From IMG/VR virus record IMGVR_UViG_3300020048_000077, positions 1 to 64,000 of that record: a stretch of 64,000 bases of DNA. The stretch is one strand, 5' to 3'. Position 1 is the first letter of the stretch; each line of letters begins with the position of its first letter. The translations under genes and the position numbers were made by a program. This DNA comes from a virus. Taxonomy: Duplodnaviria > Caudoviricetes. A model generated the notes under the pieces. The model made no database searches, had not been told where the DNA came from, and saw only the letters and a program-made list of their open reading frames with translations. Positions 11,151-21,325 of this stretch are shown here, in pieces.

Positions 11151-11479
11151 TGCCATTTATCTGTTTTTAGTTGCCCAAAGAAATTGCCCTGAGCCGTGTC
11201 ACCTGCATTGAACCTATCAGCTTCGGCCTTGAAGTGAACTAGGTGAGAGTGTCGGCAAGTGTCCAGTAGGACAGCGTCATAGATAGCTGAATCTCCGTCC
11301 GTGTCTACCTGAATGATTCGGCAGTTGTGGAAGTCACCGCATGGGGTCGGTTGGGGTGTTGGGTCTGTCGACTTGAATGCTTGGTATGCGGCAAACACCA
11401 TTAACGCAACGATGACCAATCGGTTTATCCAGTTCCTGAACGGATCTGATGGCGGTATGTCAAGACTTAGCTTATTCAT
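11147..11479 (-). CDS. Membrane-anchored hypothetical protein
   Basis: One hydrophobic helix (LVIVALMVFAAY) and coupled start/stop overlaps. Confidence 0.6.
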   Translation of the reverse strand: MNKLSLDIPPSDPFRNWINRLVIVALMVFAAYQAFKSTDPTPQPTPCGDFHNCRIIQVDTDGDSAIYDAVLLDTCRHSHLVHFKAEADRFNAGDTAQGNFFGQLKTDKWQ

Positions 11480-11880
11480 TTATCGTTGATTTGGTGGTTA
11501 TTTCCATTTCCTGTCACGCCTCTTGAATATGGCTTTTCGAACCAACTTAGTTCCTCTATCATGGTCGTATGTGTCCTTGTCCACAATAGGGATTGGAAGG
11601 TTGCGTTTGGTAAGTTCATCTGCGAATCGACCATGCCACATCTTCTTCGGCCATTGTTTGTAGCGTCTGACCCCGTTGAAAAATCTACTGGACTTGAAAC
11701 CTCAGAAGCAAGAGATTGCTCTGACCAGTTAGTTGTCATCCAATTGTCTCCGAATAATTTCTCTTGCATTCGGATATAACAGTTCTTTAGATATTCATTG
11801 GACATTATAGGTAGCGGGACGCTGACAACCTTTCCTTCCCGAAATGTTTTCCAAATGAATGTTGGTGTCGCTTCTTTCAT
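11476..11880 (-). CDS. Hypothetical protein
   Basis: 134-aa ORF coupled to neighbours on both sides. Confidence 0.5.
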   Translation of the reverse strand: MKEATPTFIWKTFREGKVVSVPLPIMSNEYLKNCYIRMQEKLFGDNWMTTNWSEQSLASEVSSPVDFSTGSDATNNGRRRCGMVDSQMNLPNATFQSLLWTRTHTTMIEELSWFEKPYSRGVTGNGNNHQINDK

Positions 11881-12254
11881 TGCTTTGTTTTTGGTGGTTC
11901 GTCATTAGTCAAACTCAACGTCCTACCCATGTTCATTGCTGATTCAGTTTGGACTACGTTGTCTTGCTTTGGTTTTTGGTCTGGATCGTTATCTAACTTC
12001 ATCTGCTGGTGTATCAAGAAGTCTATTATTTGTTTAGCGAACATTTCTTCGTTGATAGCGGTGCCTCTATATCGATTAACTATCGCTATTAAATCGGATT
12101 TATTGTAACTGACGCAGTTATCCTGCTCTTGGCACATTAGGTAGCCTTCGATGAAGGCATCGCGTTTTATTTGCTCGCGATGCTCTTTAAAAAAGTCGGC
12201 TTTTCTTGGATACCTCTCCAAAGCAATCTGTTGTATCTGTTCGCGTGTTTTCAT
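11877..12254 (-). CDS. Hypothetical protein
   Basis: Start MKTREQIQQIALERYP overlaps the upstream TGA (ATGA). Confidence 0.6.
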   Translation of the reverse strand: MKTREQIQQIALERYPRKADFFKEHREQIKRDAFIEGYLMCQEQDNCVSYNKSDLIAIVNRYRGTAINEEMFAKQIIDFLIHQQMKLDNDPDQKPKQDNVVQTESAMNMGRTLSLTNDEPPKTKQ

Positions 12255-12706
12255 CCTATCAGTTCTATAAGCGTTAATAGTTTGGTGTAGGTTTTTACTT
12301 TTGGAATGGGTTCTCCATCGAGCAAAATACGAATGTCTCCATCGTGCTGAAATAGAATGTGAATGAACCACTTTCGAGGCGTGTCTTTTTCTTCGTTTGC
12401 TGGACGGGCATAGGTATAATACCCCTCAATGAACACATCATCCTTAATGAACCCATCTTCAATAAGCCTCCACCCAACGATTGAATCATTGAGTAGGTCT
12501 TGGAAGTGTTGGACGGGGATTTCGGTATGATCTTCTGGAATAAAATGAGCCACATAACCTTTGTCATTATGAATGAAGTAAGCCACCTCGTCTTTTTGAT
12601 GGCAAGTGCGGTATCCAATTGTGCGTAGTGTGGAAAGTTGTTTCCACTCATCCTCCGTTGTCGGCCTACAATAGACCTCGGCCAGTCTTTGTGCTGTTGT
12701 TTTCAT
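12251..12706 (-). CDS. Hypothetical protein
   Basis: 151-aa ORF with coupled overlaps. Confidence 0.65.
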   Translation of the reverse strand: MKTTAQRLAEVYCRPTTEDEWKQLSTLRTIGYRTCHQKDEVAYFIHNDKGYVAHFIPEDHTEIPVQHFQDLLNDSIVGWRLIEDGFIKDDVFIEGYYTYARPANEEKDTPRKWFIHILFQHDGDIRILLDGEPIPKVKTYTKLLTLIELIG

Positions 12707-12840
12707 AGTTCGTTAATTTGGGTTTGGTCAACGTGGCCTGAACGATAAATCTTACATCGTTTGCAGTATTTGCCGTTATCACTCCCCTGTGAGAAGTGTT
12801 TCCAGTCGTGTATTCCGAAAAAGCATAGTATTCTTTTCAT
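12703..12840 (-). CDS. Small Cys/His protein (45 aa, MKRILCFFGIHDWKHF...YCKRCK), DUF1660-like; not in ORF track
   Basis: Translated by hand. ATGA overlaps at both ends and the C-x-x-x-G-x-H-x-W...CxxC pattern is typical of small phage proteins. Confidence 0.65.
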   Translation of the reverse strand: MKRILCFFGIHDWKHFSQGSDNGKYCKRCKIYRSGHVDQTQINEL

Positions 12841-13178
12841 TGCGTTGTGTTTTCAAATTTAAGAGCAGCAGATATCAGCTTCGCTTTGGCCTCTGCGTAC
12901 TGTTTCTTTTCGTTGTGCAGTTTCATCATCTCGTCCTCATAATTCTTCATCTTGGAGGCAAGAGGAAAAATCAACACAAGCGCACTCAAGAGTGACATAA
13001 GCCCGCAGAGGCATAGAATGGAAAGTACGGATACAAGCGTATAGATCTCACCTGTGCCGAACCTGGACAGAACTCGTCCGTCACCCATCAAATGATCGAA
13101 TCCGAATAGTGTATAGATGAGTGAAGCGAAGAATGTTGGTAGTGCCAGAATTTAGCACATTATGATTACTTTTTTCAT
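12837..13178 (-). pseudogene. Membrane protein gene with an in-frame TAA at codon 9
   Basis: ATG at 13178 is in frame with the 12837-13091 ORF and reads MKKVIIMC*ILALPTFFASLIYTLFGFDHLMGDG. The TAA is at 13152-13154. Confidence 0.55.
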
Positions 13179-13304
13179 GGTCTCTGTTAATTTAAAAGTA
13201 TCGAAGACCCTCTCATTTCCTAACCATCTGCCGACTCATGGGGATCGTAGAAAGAAAAGTACTCTGAGAGAAGTCTTCGAATATTGTTGTTAGTGAATAA
13301 GTTG

Positions 13305-14063
13305 TTATGTAAGGTCGTAGATCTTCGGATCATACGTTTCGTGTTCAAGTTCTGGTGAGGATTGGAGTTCCTCATGCGGTAGAAGTTGTTCTCCTACCAT
13401 CTCTTCGATATGCCTTCTCCTTTCCTGTGCGATTTTCTCATCCTTGTACAGGATCTGTCCGTAGACATTCTTCTTATCGACATTGTGGAATTCAAGAATA
13501 CGTTTCTTGTACTCATTGCTCATCTTGGAGTACCTACCGGCAATGAAATGCTTATAGTCCTCTTCCCATTTTTCAGGTACTTTGAAGACATACAATGTGG
13601 TAGGTCCAAGATCCTCCATCCTTTGGAAGATCGTAAGTTTCTTAAGTGCAGCTTCAAACTCAACAAAGCTCTTTATACCTGAGTATCTGTACAGTACAGC
13701 TATTACATTGTCCTCTTCAGGAGTGGCTATGAAACTGTTCATGAAGAACTGATGAAAGAAGTATGCGTGTTTTGGGCCTGGTAGCATGGGAAGTACATAC
13801 ACTGATGCCTTCGTCCTATGCGCAATTCTAAGATCGTAGATGGAATGGCCAATCCCGGGTCTACTTGTTATGCTATTGATCCTGTAGACCTGTTTGGGAT
13901 TTCCCACGGTCACCTTCTTTCCAAGGGTGACCACTGCCTTATCAGGTATCTCAAGCGAAACTATCCTATTCCCCTCATCTCGTATCACTGACACATCCTG
14001 TGTGTTGTGCACGCTCAAGGTGAGCGGATCCTTGATCTCTATTTCAACCGGTCTTAATGCCAT
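13305..14063 (-). CDS. Hypothetical protein (replication module)
   Basis: 252 aa, native codon usage, overlaps the exonuclease stop. Confidence 0.75.
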   Translation of the reverse strand: MALRPVEIEIKDPLTLSVHNTQDVSVIRDEGNRIVSLEIPDKAVVTLGKKVTVGNPKQVYRINSITSRPGIGHSIYDLRIAHRTKASVYVLPMLPGPKHAYFFHQFFMNSFIATPEEDNVIAVLYRYSGIKSFVEFEAALKKLTIFQRMEDLGPTTLYVFKVPEKWEEDYKHFIAGRYSKMSNEYKKRILEFHNVDKKNVYGQILYKDEKIAQERRRHIEEMVGEQLLPHEELQSSPELEHETYDPKIYDLT

Positions 14064-14856
14064 CCGTATAGATCTCTCTTACGTCAAAGGTTTTCAACGG
14101 AGGTAAAGTTATGCCATATCTTTCAAGATCGACATGCTCCTTGAGAACGTACACAAGATCCAAGGTCTCCTTGAATCTGTCAATGCTCTCCTTGATCTTA
14201 CAACCGCTGTTATCAATGTACATCTGAAGTATTCTCAAAGGATAGTCCTCCTGAGTAACCTCGTCCAAGGATTTGTTCGTACGTACCTCTCCTATTCCTG
14301 GAAGTCCTGGAACATTGTCCACACTGTCTCCAGCTGCACATTGCATCCAAAGGAATCTCCAAGCTTCTGCACGGGATGTTTCCACCCATACGTTCTTGAA
14401 GTAATCATAGTGCTTTCCAGGCACCTGTTTTATGACGTCCTTGTCCGGACTGCATATAATGGTGTTCGTACTCCTGTACAATGAAACACAATCATCTGCT
14501 TCAAGATCAGGTACTGCGTAGAATCCCCATTCCTGTTCCGCATAGGCCTTAAGTCCGTAGTAGGCCGGAGGAGTATTCTTACCGCTCCTATTACCTTTGT
14601 ACGGTTTTGTGAACCCTACACCATGCCTGAATGTGGTATAGGGTGTAATGAATGCGGCATACCTCGGTGTACCACATTTTGAAAGAAGGCTGAACATGAA
14701 TCTGTCAAGCTTCACCTTGGCATCCTCGAATGTTGCTTCCCCCATACAGTAATACAGGGCACTGTCAGCATCAATAAGTGCCACCTGCCCTGAATCTGTT
14801 GCGAAAGGTGAGAGATCAATCTCTCCCATCAATCCTAATCTGACTATATCCAACAT
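14044..14856 (-). CDS. 5'-3' exonuclease / flap endonuclease (T7 gp6-like PIN fold)
   Basis: Motifs LIDADS, LEADDCV, SPDKDV and GDSVDNVPGLPGIGE. Confidence 0.9.
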   Translation of the reverse strand: MLDIVRLGLMGEIDLSPFATDSGQVALIDADSALYYCMGEATFEDAKVKLDRFMFSLLSKCGTPRYAAFITPYTTFRHGVGFTKPYKGNRSGKNTPPAYYGLKAYAEQEWGFYAVPDLEADDCVSLYRSTNTIICSPDKDVIKQVPGKHYDYFKNVWVETSRAEAWRFLWMQCAAGDSVDNVPGLPGIGEVRTNKSLDEVTQEDYPLRILQMYIDNSGCKIKESIDRFKETLDLVYVLKEHVDLERYGITLPPLKTFDVREIYTDGIKTG

Positions 14857-14884
14857 CTCTGTTCGTTCAATGAATTTGTAAATG

Positions 14885-14920
14885 AAAAAGAGGCCGGAAA
14901 GAACCCTTCTCTCCGACCTC
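14885..14920 (-). terminator. Rho-independent terminator after rIIB
   Basis: GAGGTCGGAGAGAA-GGG-TTCTTTCCGGCCTC followed by TTTTT. Confidence 0.8.
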
Positions 14921-14943
14921 CTTGAAAATATGTGAAAGTGATC

Positions 14944-16116
14944 TTACACTTCCAAAGCTCCCAATCTTGCAGCTTCCGCATCCAGCTCCTTCTGCTTGTC
15001 CAGGCGTACCTGTACAGCTTCAGCAAGCATCGCCTGCCACTGAGCATCTGTCTGCTTGGCATACGTTGAGGAATGGTAGATGCTTCCATTCACTCCTGAG
15101 AGTGATGAATGCACGAAATACTCCTTGCAACGGATGGCACCAGTATTGTCATCTGGCACAGCTCCTACGTTCATAGGATCCACGAAAACGTTGTGGATGT
15201 GTCCAGAATACTGATTGATGTACATCAATCCGCCCATGTGAAGTCCTTTCACACAACTGACATCGTCATTGGTATCAACCTGATCCCAACTATCAAGTGA
15301 ATGAGTGCATCCAACCTTGATGAAATGGCCCGGCTTTTCAAATCCGTTCGCTCCTGAACATGAGAATGCATCTCCACTCATACCCATTACGGCAGGTATG
15401 AAGATACGGTCCTCAACTGTTTCAGGAAGTCCATCTCCTGTGATCTCACCGGTGTTGATGTCAAACGTTTTCAGATACCTTGGTTTCTGGATCGGTTTTC
15501 CATTCTCATCGGCCTCGTACTTCACAGTGTGCTCTGCAGATACCTTGTATCCGTTCAGAAGACCCTCATTGGTGATCTTCATCTGGTACATGGTGGCTCT
15601 TTCAGTTGCAACTGCCTCAGAGAAACCCTGTTTGATGAGGTCGGCCTTCACCTTTGGATGAACATACAGCATGTTCACAAAGTTGAAGAATTTCTTAGCG
15701 AATTTCGCACCCTTCCCTTTCTTGGAGAGGTTCGGATTACGCAGGAATCTCACCCACATCCGAATAAGCGGCATGTAATCGATACCCTTGTCCTGAGAAG
15801 CAAGGATACGGTCCACAAGCGCCTGTGGCATGGCAATGTTCGAAAGAACACCATTGTGCTGCAGATAGAACTTTCCATCCTTTTCATCGATCTTGATGTT
15901 CTCACATGCAGATTCGATGATTGTTGAAATGTCTTGCTTTACAAGCTCCAATGCTTTCGCAGCAATGACGTTGTACTCGGCCATTGTCTTCGCCTCAGCC
16001 GCTTCTGCAGCAAGTGAATCCAATGTGTCATTCAACCCCTTGCTGAATTTTATAGAGAAGTGTTCTTCTCCAATGGAGCCAGCTATCTGGTCTCCGATCA
16101 CTGAAAATGTTATCAT
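14944..16116 (-). CDS. rIIB: rIIB-like protein
   Basis: C-terminal DDVSCVKGLH...VFVDPMNVGAVPDD...RCKEY motif; lies downstream of rIIA. Confidence 0.85.
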   Translation of the reverse strand: MITFSVIGDQIAGSIGEEHFSIKFSKGLNDTLDSLAAEAAEAKTMAEYNVIAAKALELVKQDISTIIESACENIKIDEKDGKFYLQHNGVLSNIAMPQALVDRILASQDKGIDYMPLIRMWVRFLRNPNLSKKGKGAKFAKKFFNFVNMLYVHPKVKADLIKQGFSEAVATERATMYQMKITNEGLLNGYKVSAEHTVKYEADENGKPIQKPRYLKTFDINTGEITGDGLPETVEDRIFIPAVMGMSGDAFSCSGANGFEKPGHFIKVGCTHSLDSWDQVDTNDDVSCVKGLHMGGLMYINQYSGHIHNVFVDPMNVGAVPDDNTGAIRCKEYFVHSSLSGVNGSIYHSSTYAKQTDAQWQAMLAEAVQVRLDKQKELDAEAARLGALEV

Positions 16117-16147
16117 TTTATATTTTGTTTTTACTTGTTAAAAATAC

Positions 16148-18372
16148 TCATTCTTTTGGAGTCCAGCTCCAATTATCCCTATCTCTGGCTCTCAGATACT
16201 TCTGAATCTCAATACTTCCAGAAGAATCGGTGAAACAGGAATCTGAAAGCATGTTAAGAAGATCTCCTACTCCTTCATTGTACTCGGAAAGTTCTCGGTG
16301 CAAATTAAGAATGTCCACATGGACAGCCTTTGCATCAGTTATATCTCCGAAAATGAAAAGTTCAAAGCTCTTCTGCGCAACTTCTTCCTCAGTCCTATCT
16401 TCCATACAGAAGGTCTGCATTTCAAAGAGCCTGTTGGCATGGTTTAGAATTTCACCTGTATCATGACGGAAGATGTTTCTTTCATACCCATCACGAAGAT
16501 ACTTCGACATGAATGACTTCAATTTCATGTACTTTGAATAGATATCAATGTCAATGTTATTGAAATACTGCATGTAACTGAACTTGTCCCATTCAGCTCC
16601 GAGTTTCAGAGCCGTATATGTATCCACAAGATCAGGATGCATGGTAAGAACAGTGTCATCCACTCTCCTATCATACAGCTCTCTCAACGGTCGTAGACCA
16701 CAGTCCTCAGGTATCTGTTTGATGAGATCTGTACTGAGTTGGATCAACTGAGGTTGAGTAAAACCTGGAATTTCAAATACACTCTTTGAATTAAAATATC
16801 TTGAAGAAGGTGAGGTCCAGTAGTAACAGGCACAATATCCCATCTCACCTGACCAATTTGAATACAGATCTCTTACTTTTGGAGAGGATCCTTCAAGGAA
16901 TAGTGCCGCCTCTTTCAAAAGATCTGAATCTGCAGATGCTGTGTAATACATGTCCTTTGCAGCGAATAGATCCTTTCTCTTAGGCTCAACCTTGTCCAGT
17001 ATGAACTGAGGAGACTGATAAGCAGCATTCTCATACCTCAATGTATACCCGACCTCCTTCTCCTCCAGTTTTCTAAGCTCTGAAGGACTCAGAGTATCCA
17101 ATGTTTCCTTTTTGGCAATCTCTTCAATAGAAGCTTCAATTTCCTTAGGAACCTCAACTTCACTGTAAAGTGCCATATCTGGACTCTCCTCAATGAGTTT
17201 CCAGACTATTTCAGCCCTGCTCTCATACTTTCGTATAAGATCATCCGCTGTTTCCGGACTCTTCATTCTCAATTTCACCTTCTCCTCTTCAGACATATAG
17301 GCCTTCTGGAAGGTCAGAAACGAATTTCTTCCAAGATGCTTACAGATGTAGAGGTCTCTGGCAGGTGAGTACTTCTCATCCTTGATGAACAGATGTCCCT
17401 TTTCAAGTGATGAGGTCTGATCCCACCTTTCTACAATTTCTCTCTTTGCCTTACCCGTGTACTCAATGGATACCTTTTCAACGATCACACCTGCGAACAT
17501 TGAACTGATAGGCCCATACTTCAATCTCCTGTCCAATGGGAACTTCGGAGAGAGTTTTTCCTTGTCAACTATGTTGGACAATCTTCCGAGTACGGAATTG
17601 TTGTCCATCTTGCCAAAGGTGGATCTGCACCTGCGTATCCATTCGAAGAATTCTCCTGAATCCACAAGGCTTTCCTCTACAAGATTCTCCGCCTCCTGTG
17701 TGGCCCTGTCTATGACAGTATGGATATATTGCTTCGTAGCATCATTCCATATCACCTTCTCCCTGCTGGGAGTCACTGCAATTCCATCCTGAAGGATTAT
17801 TTCTTCACCGGTATCCTCGTCCCTGTACGACTGTCGTATAGGACATTTGAATCCGATGCTTCCATAGATCTGCTGCATCTCAAGTTCCTTGAAATCAACA
17901 AATCCATAGTTTATACCTGCCGCATCCTTTGGCGACTTCACAATTACAATGTGAGGTTGATTGAATACAGTTCCTTCACTCAGTATTATTGACTCGGAGT
18001 TGTACAGCACCTGAGCCTTTGTACCTGTGGTATTGATTTGCGGACTATCTCTCTCATTGTCCACTTCTACGAATTTGATCCCGTCAACGTATACAAGCTG
18101 TTCCTTGACAGCATCCTTGAATGCTCCACGGTTATGCTTCTTCACACCCATTGATATGATCGTACGGTTCAACTCATCTGTTTCCTCGTAGTACACCCTA
18201 TCTCCTGTTGAGAACGTTATGTATGGATTCTCTTTTTCAGTTACAAGATTGAACTTTCCAGTGACAAACTTGGTCTTGTACGGGTAACAATGGCATACGA
18301 AGTGCATACCGTTGTAAATGGTATCAATTGTGTAAAAGGGCACGTTGGTACTCAATGCAACCTTGGCTCCTA
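16148..18372 (-). CDS. rIIA: rIIA-like protein, exon 2
   Basis: Splicing to exon 1 restores GFGAFG-L-GAKVALS, the GHKL ATP-lid motif. The spliced CDS is 2700 nt (899 aa). Confidence 0.85.
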
Positions 18373-18498
18373 CATATAATTCCCATGTTTCCATGGGTAC
18401 GGACTATATCATCACCTATACGCAATAGGTGCAGAACGCTTTTTCATCGGGACATTACTCTCCGACTACTTCCTGTTATTAAGATGCTTCGCAGCAAC

Positions 18499-19242
18499 TC
18501 AGGTAGTCTCTAAACCTTCCTCATCTGAGGCTTGGCTTTTGATTGTCATATTGAATTTTGAAAATTTTCTTTCAAGGTAGAAAGTAGAACCCTTGTATAG
18601 GTACTCATACAACTTTAAAACATCGTGTTGATGTTCAATGTTGTACACCCAACAATTCCTCTGCTTGCATTTTTGCACTTTGCCCTCCAATTTTGGAAGG
18701 TGTTCAAAAATAGCATCAAGAAAATCAGAATCTGTAGAGCAGAAATATGCTCTCTTACGAAGCTTCTCTTGAAAAGGATTTGGTATGTAGTAAGAGGTCT
18801 TTCGAGTATATCGATTTTTAACCTCATTTACAGTGATACCGCCATCTCCATCAAAAAATCCACGTATAAAATGTGGAGTAAGAGATCCTAAGCTTGGAAA
18901 TACCAATCCTTCTACAGTCTTACGATGCCTAACTCCCAATTTCTTAAGGTCTCCTACGAGCTTGTCCGACACGATTTTCCACCGGGCCTGCGCAGAGTGT
19001 CCATTTTTCCTCATAGAGGGTGCATGCACAACAGACACGGATCCGTCTGAAGATATCTCTGATACCAATTTATCGAGTATCTCTCTATCATCAATATGGA
19101 TTCCTATGGACATAAAATCCTGTCTATTTCCCTTACCTTCAAGAATGCACCCATCAGCTACTATGAAACCCAGCATGTAAGCTTTGATCTCTGTGTCGAT
19201 GCATTCAAAATAATCTTCATTTACTTTGTACAGACGTCCCAT
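18499..19242 (-). CDS. Intron-encoded LAGLIDADG homing endonuclease
   Basis: Two motifs, YMLGFIVADG and FIRGFFDGDG. The stop codon overlaps the intron R element. Confidence 0.92.
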   Translation of the reverse strand: MGRLYKVNEDYFECIDTEIKAYMLGFIVADGCILEGKGNRQDFMSIGIHIDDREILDKLVSEISSDGSVSVVHAPSMRKNGHSAQARWKIVSDKLVGDLKKLGVRHRKTVEGLVFPSLGSLTPHFIRGFFDGDGGITVNEVKNRYTRKTSYYIPNPFQEKLRKRAYFCSTDSDFLDAIFEHLPKLEGKVQKCKQRNCWVYNIEHQHDVLKLYEYLYKGSTFYLERKFSKFNMTIKSQASDEEGLETT

Positions 19243-19263
19243 TTAGAGAGTTTATGTTCGGTA

Positions 19264-19294
19264 CAAAAGTATTAAATTCAACTTAGATTTCCAA
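19264..19294 (-). promoter_or_regulatory. Bacteroidota sigma70-type promoter inside the intron, driving the endonuclease
   Basis: TTG (19294-19292), a 20-nt spacer, then TACTTTTG (19271-19264); about 20 nt upstream of the ATG. Confidence 0.7.
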
Positions 19295-19347
19295 AAATTC
19301 ATTCTGTTTAATCGAGGAGATTTCTCTCCAAGTGGGCTAGTATGTCA

Positions 19348-19822
19348 ACCCAAATGCTCCAAATCCTTCACTGGTATTTCGCTTTGTTGAGAATCCAAGT
19401 GCCAAAACACCTTCCAACCTTCTACCTCCAAGTCCAACACCGTTGTCGATGACCTCAAAGAGATCACAGAAACCGGCACCATCATTCCTCGTGTATCTGA
19501 GGATGACATCATTTTCAGTTGAAAGTCTACTTATATCGTAATATGCAGGGTCAAAATTGCTGTCCCTGTACTGTTCTCCATCCCTTCGGATGTAGTAATC
19601 ATCCACGGTCTTCTTTCTGGTCAGTATCTCAATTGCTATTTCCTTCTCACGCTGGGAATCCCAGGCATTGGTGGCAAGCTCCCTCACAGTGGATGCAATG
19701 GGAGTAGAATACTGGGTGGACTGCAATACGTCATACATGAGCTTATGTGCTCCTGCATCGATCTTCTTTGCAATTCCTACACCATCATCCAGAGACGACT
19801 GATCGATGGTCTTTATGCTCAT
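19348..19822 (-). CDS. rIIA: rIIA-like protein, exon 1 (GHKL/Hsp90-type ATPase domain)
   Basis: VRELATNAWDS, IDNGVGL and GFSTKRNT...GFGAFG motifs. Confidence 0.88.
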
Positions 19823-20273
19823 CGTCTATCGATTTTAAAATTTCTTTGATCGCCTCATCAACTTCCTTGAAAGATGTAGGCATGAACAGGAGGGGGCTTT
19901 CCCCTCTTGTATGAAGATACCTGAGAAACAACTTCCATCGGAACTTGAATCCTTCTGATTGGTACCCTTTTGTCTCTATCACCCAACTGTCTTCGTCACA
20001 TACGAAGTCCGGAGTATAAGTGATAGGTCGGACAGGCGTCTGCCTCTCCTTGAATGCTCCCCTGGAGAATGACCATACTCTCAATTTTGGTTTGAAACCA
20101 TCAATGAGAACATACGATCTTTTCTCGTAGGTAAAGGCCAGACCATGCTTTACAAGCTCCTTGTAGCAATAAAGTTCAAGTCTTGACTTGAATTCAATGC
20201 CTTCATGTGAGGATGCAATTGCTGTGGAATGCCTCTTACCCTTCTTCTTCTTTGTTTTTTTGAATCCTGTCAT
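19785..20273 (-). CDS. PD-(D/E)xK endonuclease, T7 endonuclease I / Holliday junction resolvase-like
   Basis: FKSRLE, YTPDF and IETKG motifs. Confidence 0.8.
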   Translation of the reverse strand: MTGFKKTKKKKGKRHSTAIASSHEGIEFKSRLELYCYKELVKHGLAFTYEKRSYVLIDGFKPKLRVWSFSRGAFKERQTPVRPITYTPDFVCDEDSWVIETKGYQSEGFKFRWKLFLRYLHTRGESPLLFMPTSFKEVDEAIKEILKSIDDEHKDHRSVVSG

Positions 20274-21247
20274 TGCCTTATCAATTTGAAAAGTGGGATC
20301 GGGCCATGGGCGAACATCAGATCCGAAGGATCCTTTGCTTCATACAATGAAGGAATGCAGATATTTTCAAGTCCGTACTCTTCACATATTCTGAGTGCCA
20401 CACGTTGACCCGGGTTATCCTTGTTGGTGTAATCGTTGTCGTATAGGACACGTATTCTATTGAACCTCTTTGAAAGAAGCTCTATGAGCTCTTTCTTTGG
20501 CATCACTCCTTCATTCTGAAGTGCAATTGCCGGTATTCCAAGTTCAAAGAGGCACATCACATCCTTCAATGAGGAAACAAGAAGTACCTCTTCTCCCATT
20601 GAAGGAAGCATTTCGAAACCTTGAATGTCCCCTTCTCCAACATTGCCTTGCCATTTATAGGCCAGCGCCAAGGGAGAGTAGATCTTATACTTTCCATTCA
20701 GATGAACATAGGCATAGCACACTTTGGATGCTTGAAACCTTATATCATTGATCCAGTAGTGTGTTATAGCAATAACATTGAATCTTTTGAGAGTCTGTAC
20801 AGATATCTGAAACTGTTCCCAGAACACCCTGTCCAGAAAATTGAGATCCCTTGATCTTACACGTATCACTGAGGGTATTTTTGGACGAACGTCCGCTTCC
20901 ACATACGGACGTGGGGAGAAAGTTGCCTTTCCTGTACCAAGCCCGAGACCAAGATCGACATCGATCCTGTTAAGCGCCTCAATGAATGTGAGTGAGTACT
21001 TGTACATGACATACCCGATACTATCGAATGAATGTTCAGGATACCCGAAATCCATGTACTTGAACTTACCCTTCCAAAAGGATATGACTGCACTTGGAAC
21101 AGGATCCTCCCTGAATTCAGAGGAAAACTTTACTCCGATCTTTTGCATTGATTGACAGTAATACCTGAATATTTCAAGATCTGATACTCTTGACCTTATC
21201 TCATCAACTGATAGCACTGCATCACTGTTCCTAATGTCTACGGCCAT
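20270..21247 (-). CDS. DNA primase (TOPRIM)
   Basis: N-terminal FREDPVPSA zinc-finger-like region, SSLKDV and YDND TOPRIM motifs, and AKDPSD. Confidence 0.85.
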   Translation of the reverse strand: MAVDIRNSDAVLSVDEIRSRVSDLEIFRYYCQSMQKIGVKFSSEFREDPVPSAVISFWKGKFKYMDFGYPEHSFDSIGYVMYKYSLTFIEALNRIDVDLGLGLGTGKATFSPRPYVEADVRPKIPSVIRVRSRDLNFLDRVFWEQFQISVQTLKRFNVIAITHYWINDIRFQASKVCYAYVHLNGKYKIYSPLALAYKWQGNVGEGDIQGFEMLPSMGEEVLLVSSLKDVMCLFELGIPAIALQNEGVMPKKELIELLSKRFNRIRVLYDNDYTNKDNPGQRVALRICEEYGLENICIPSLYEAKDPSDLMFAHGPIPLFKLIRQ

Positions 21248-21261
21248 CTTATATGGAATTT

Positions 21262-21302
21262 AAAAAGAAAGGGCAGGAAGATATACTTTCCAGCCCTTTC
21301 TC
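21262..21302 (-). terminator. Rho-independent terminator
   Basis: GAAAGGGC...GCCCTTTC stem followed by TTTTT. Confidence 0.75.
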
Positions 21303-21325
21303 TTTTGAGTTACTTCTTTGTTTTC

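Larger units (their letters stand above)
18373..19347 (-). mobile_element. Group I intron (975 nt) in rIIA
   Basis: P1 UGGGU|UG pairs with UAGCCCA, with U.G at the splice site. R element GAGACUA at 18504-18510, S element GAUAUAGUCC at 18401-18410, P9 CCCAUG-GAAA-CAUGGG at 18382-18397, terminal G at 18373. Confidence 0.92.

Noticed and set aside
18373-18394. ORF-track start METWELYV for rIIA
   Set aside because: These codons are the intron P9 and 3' end; the real N-terminus is exon 1.
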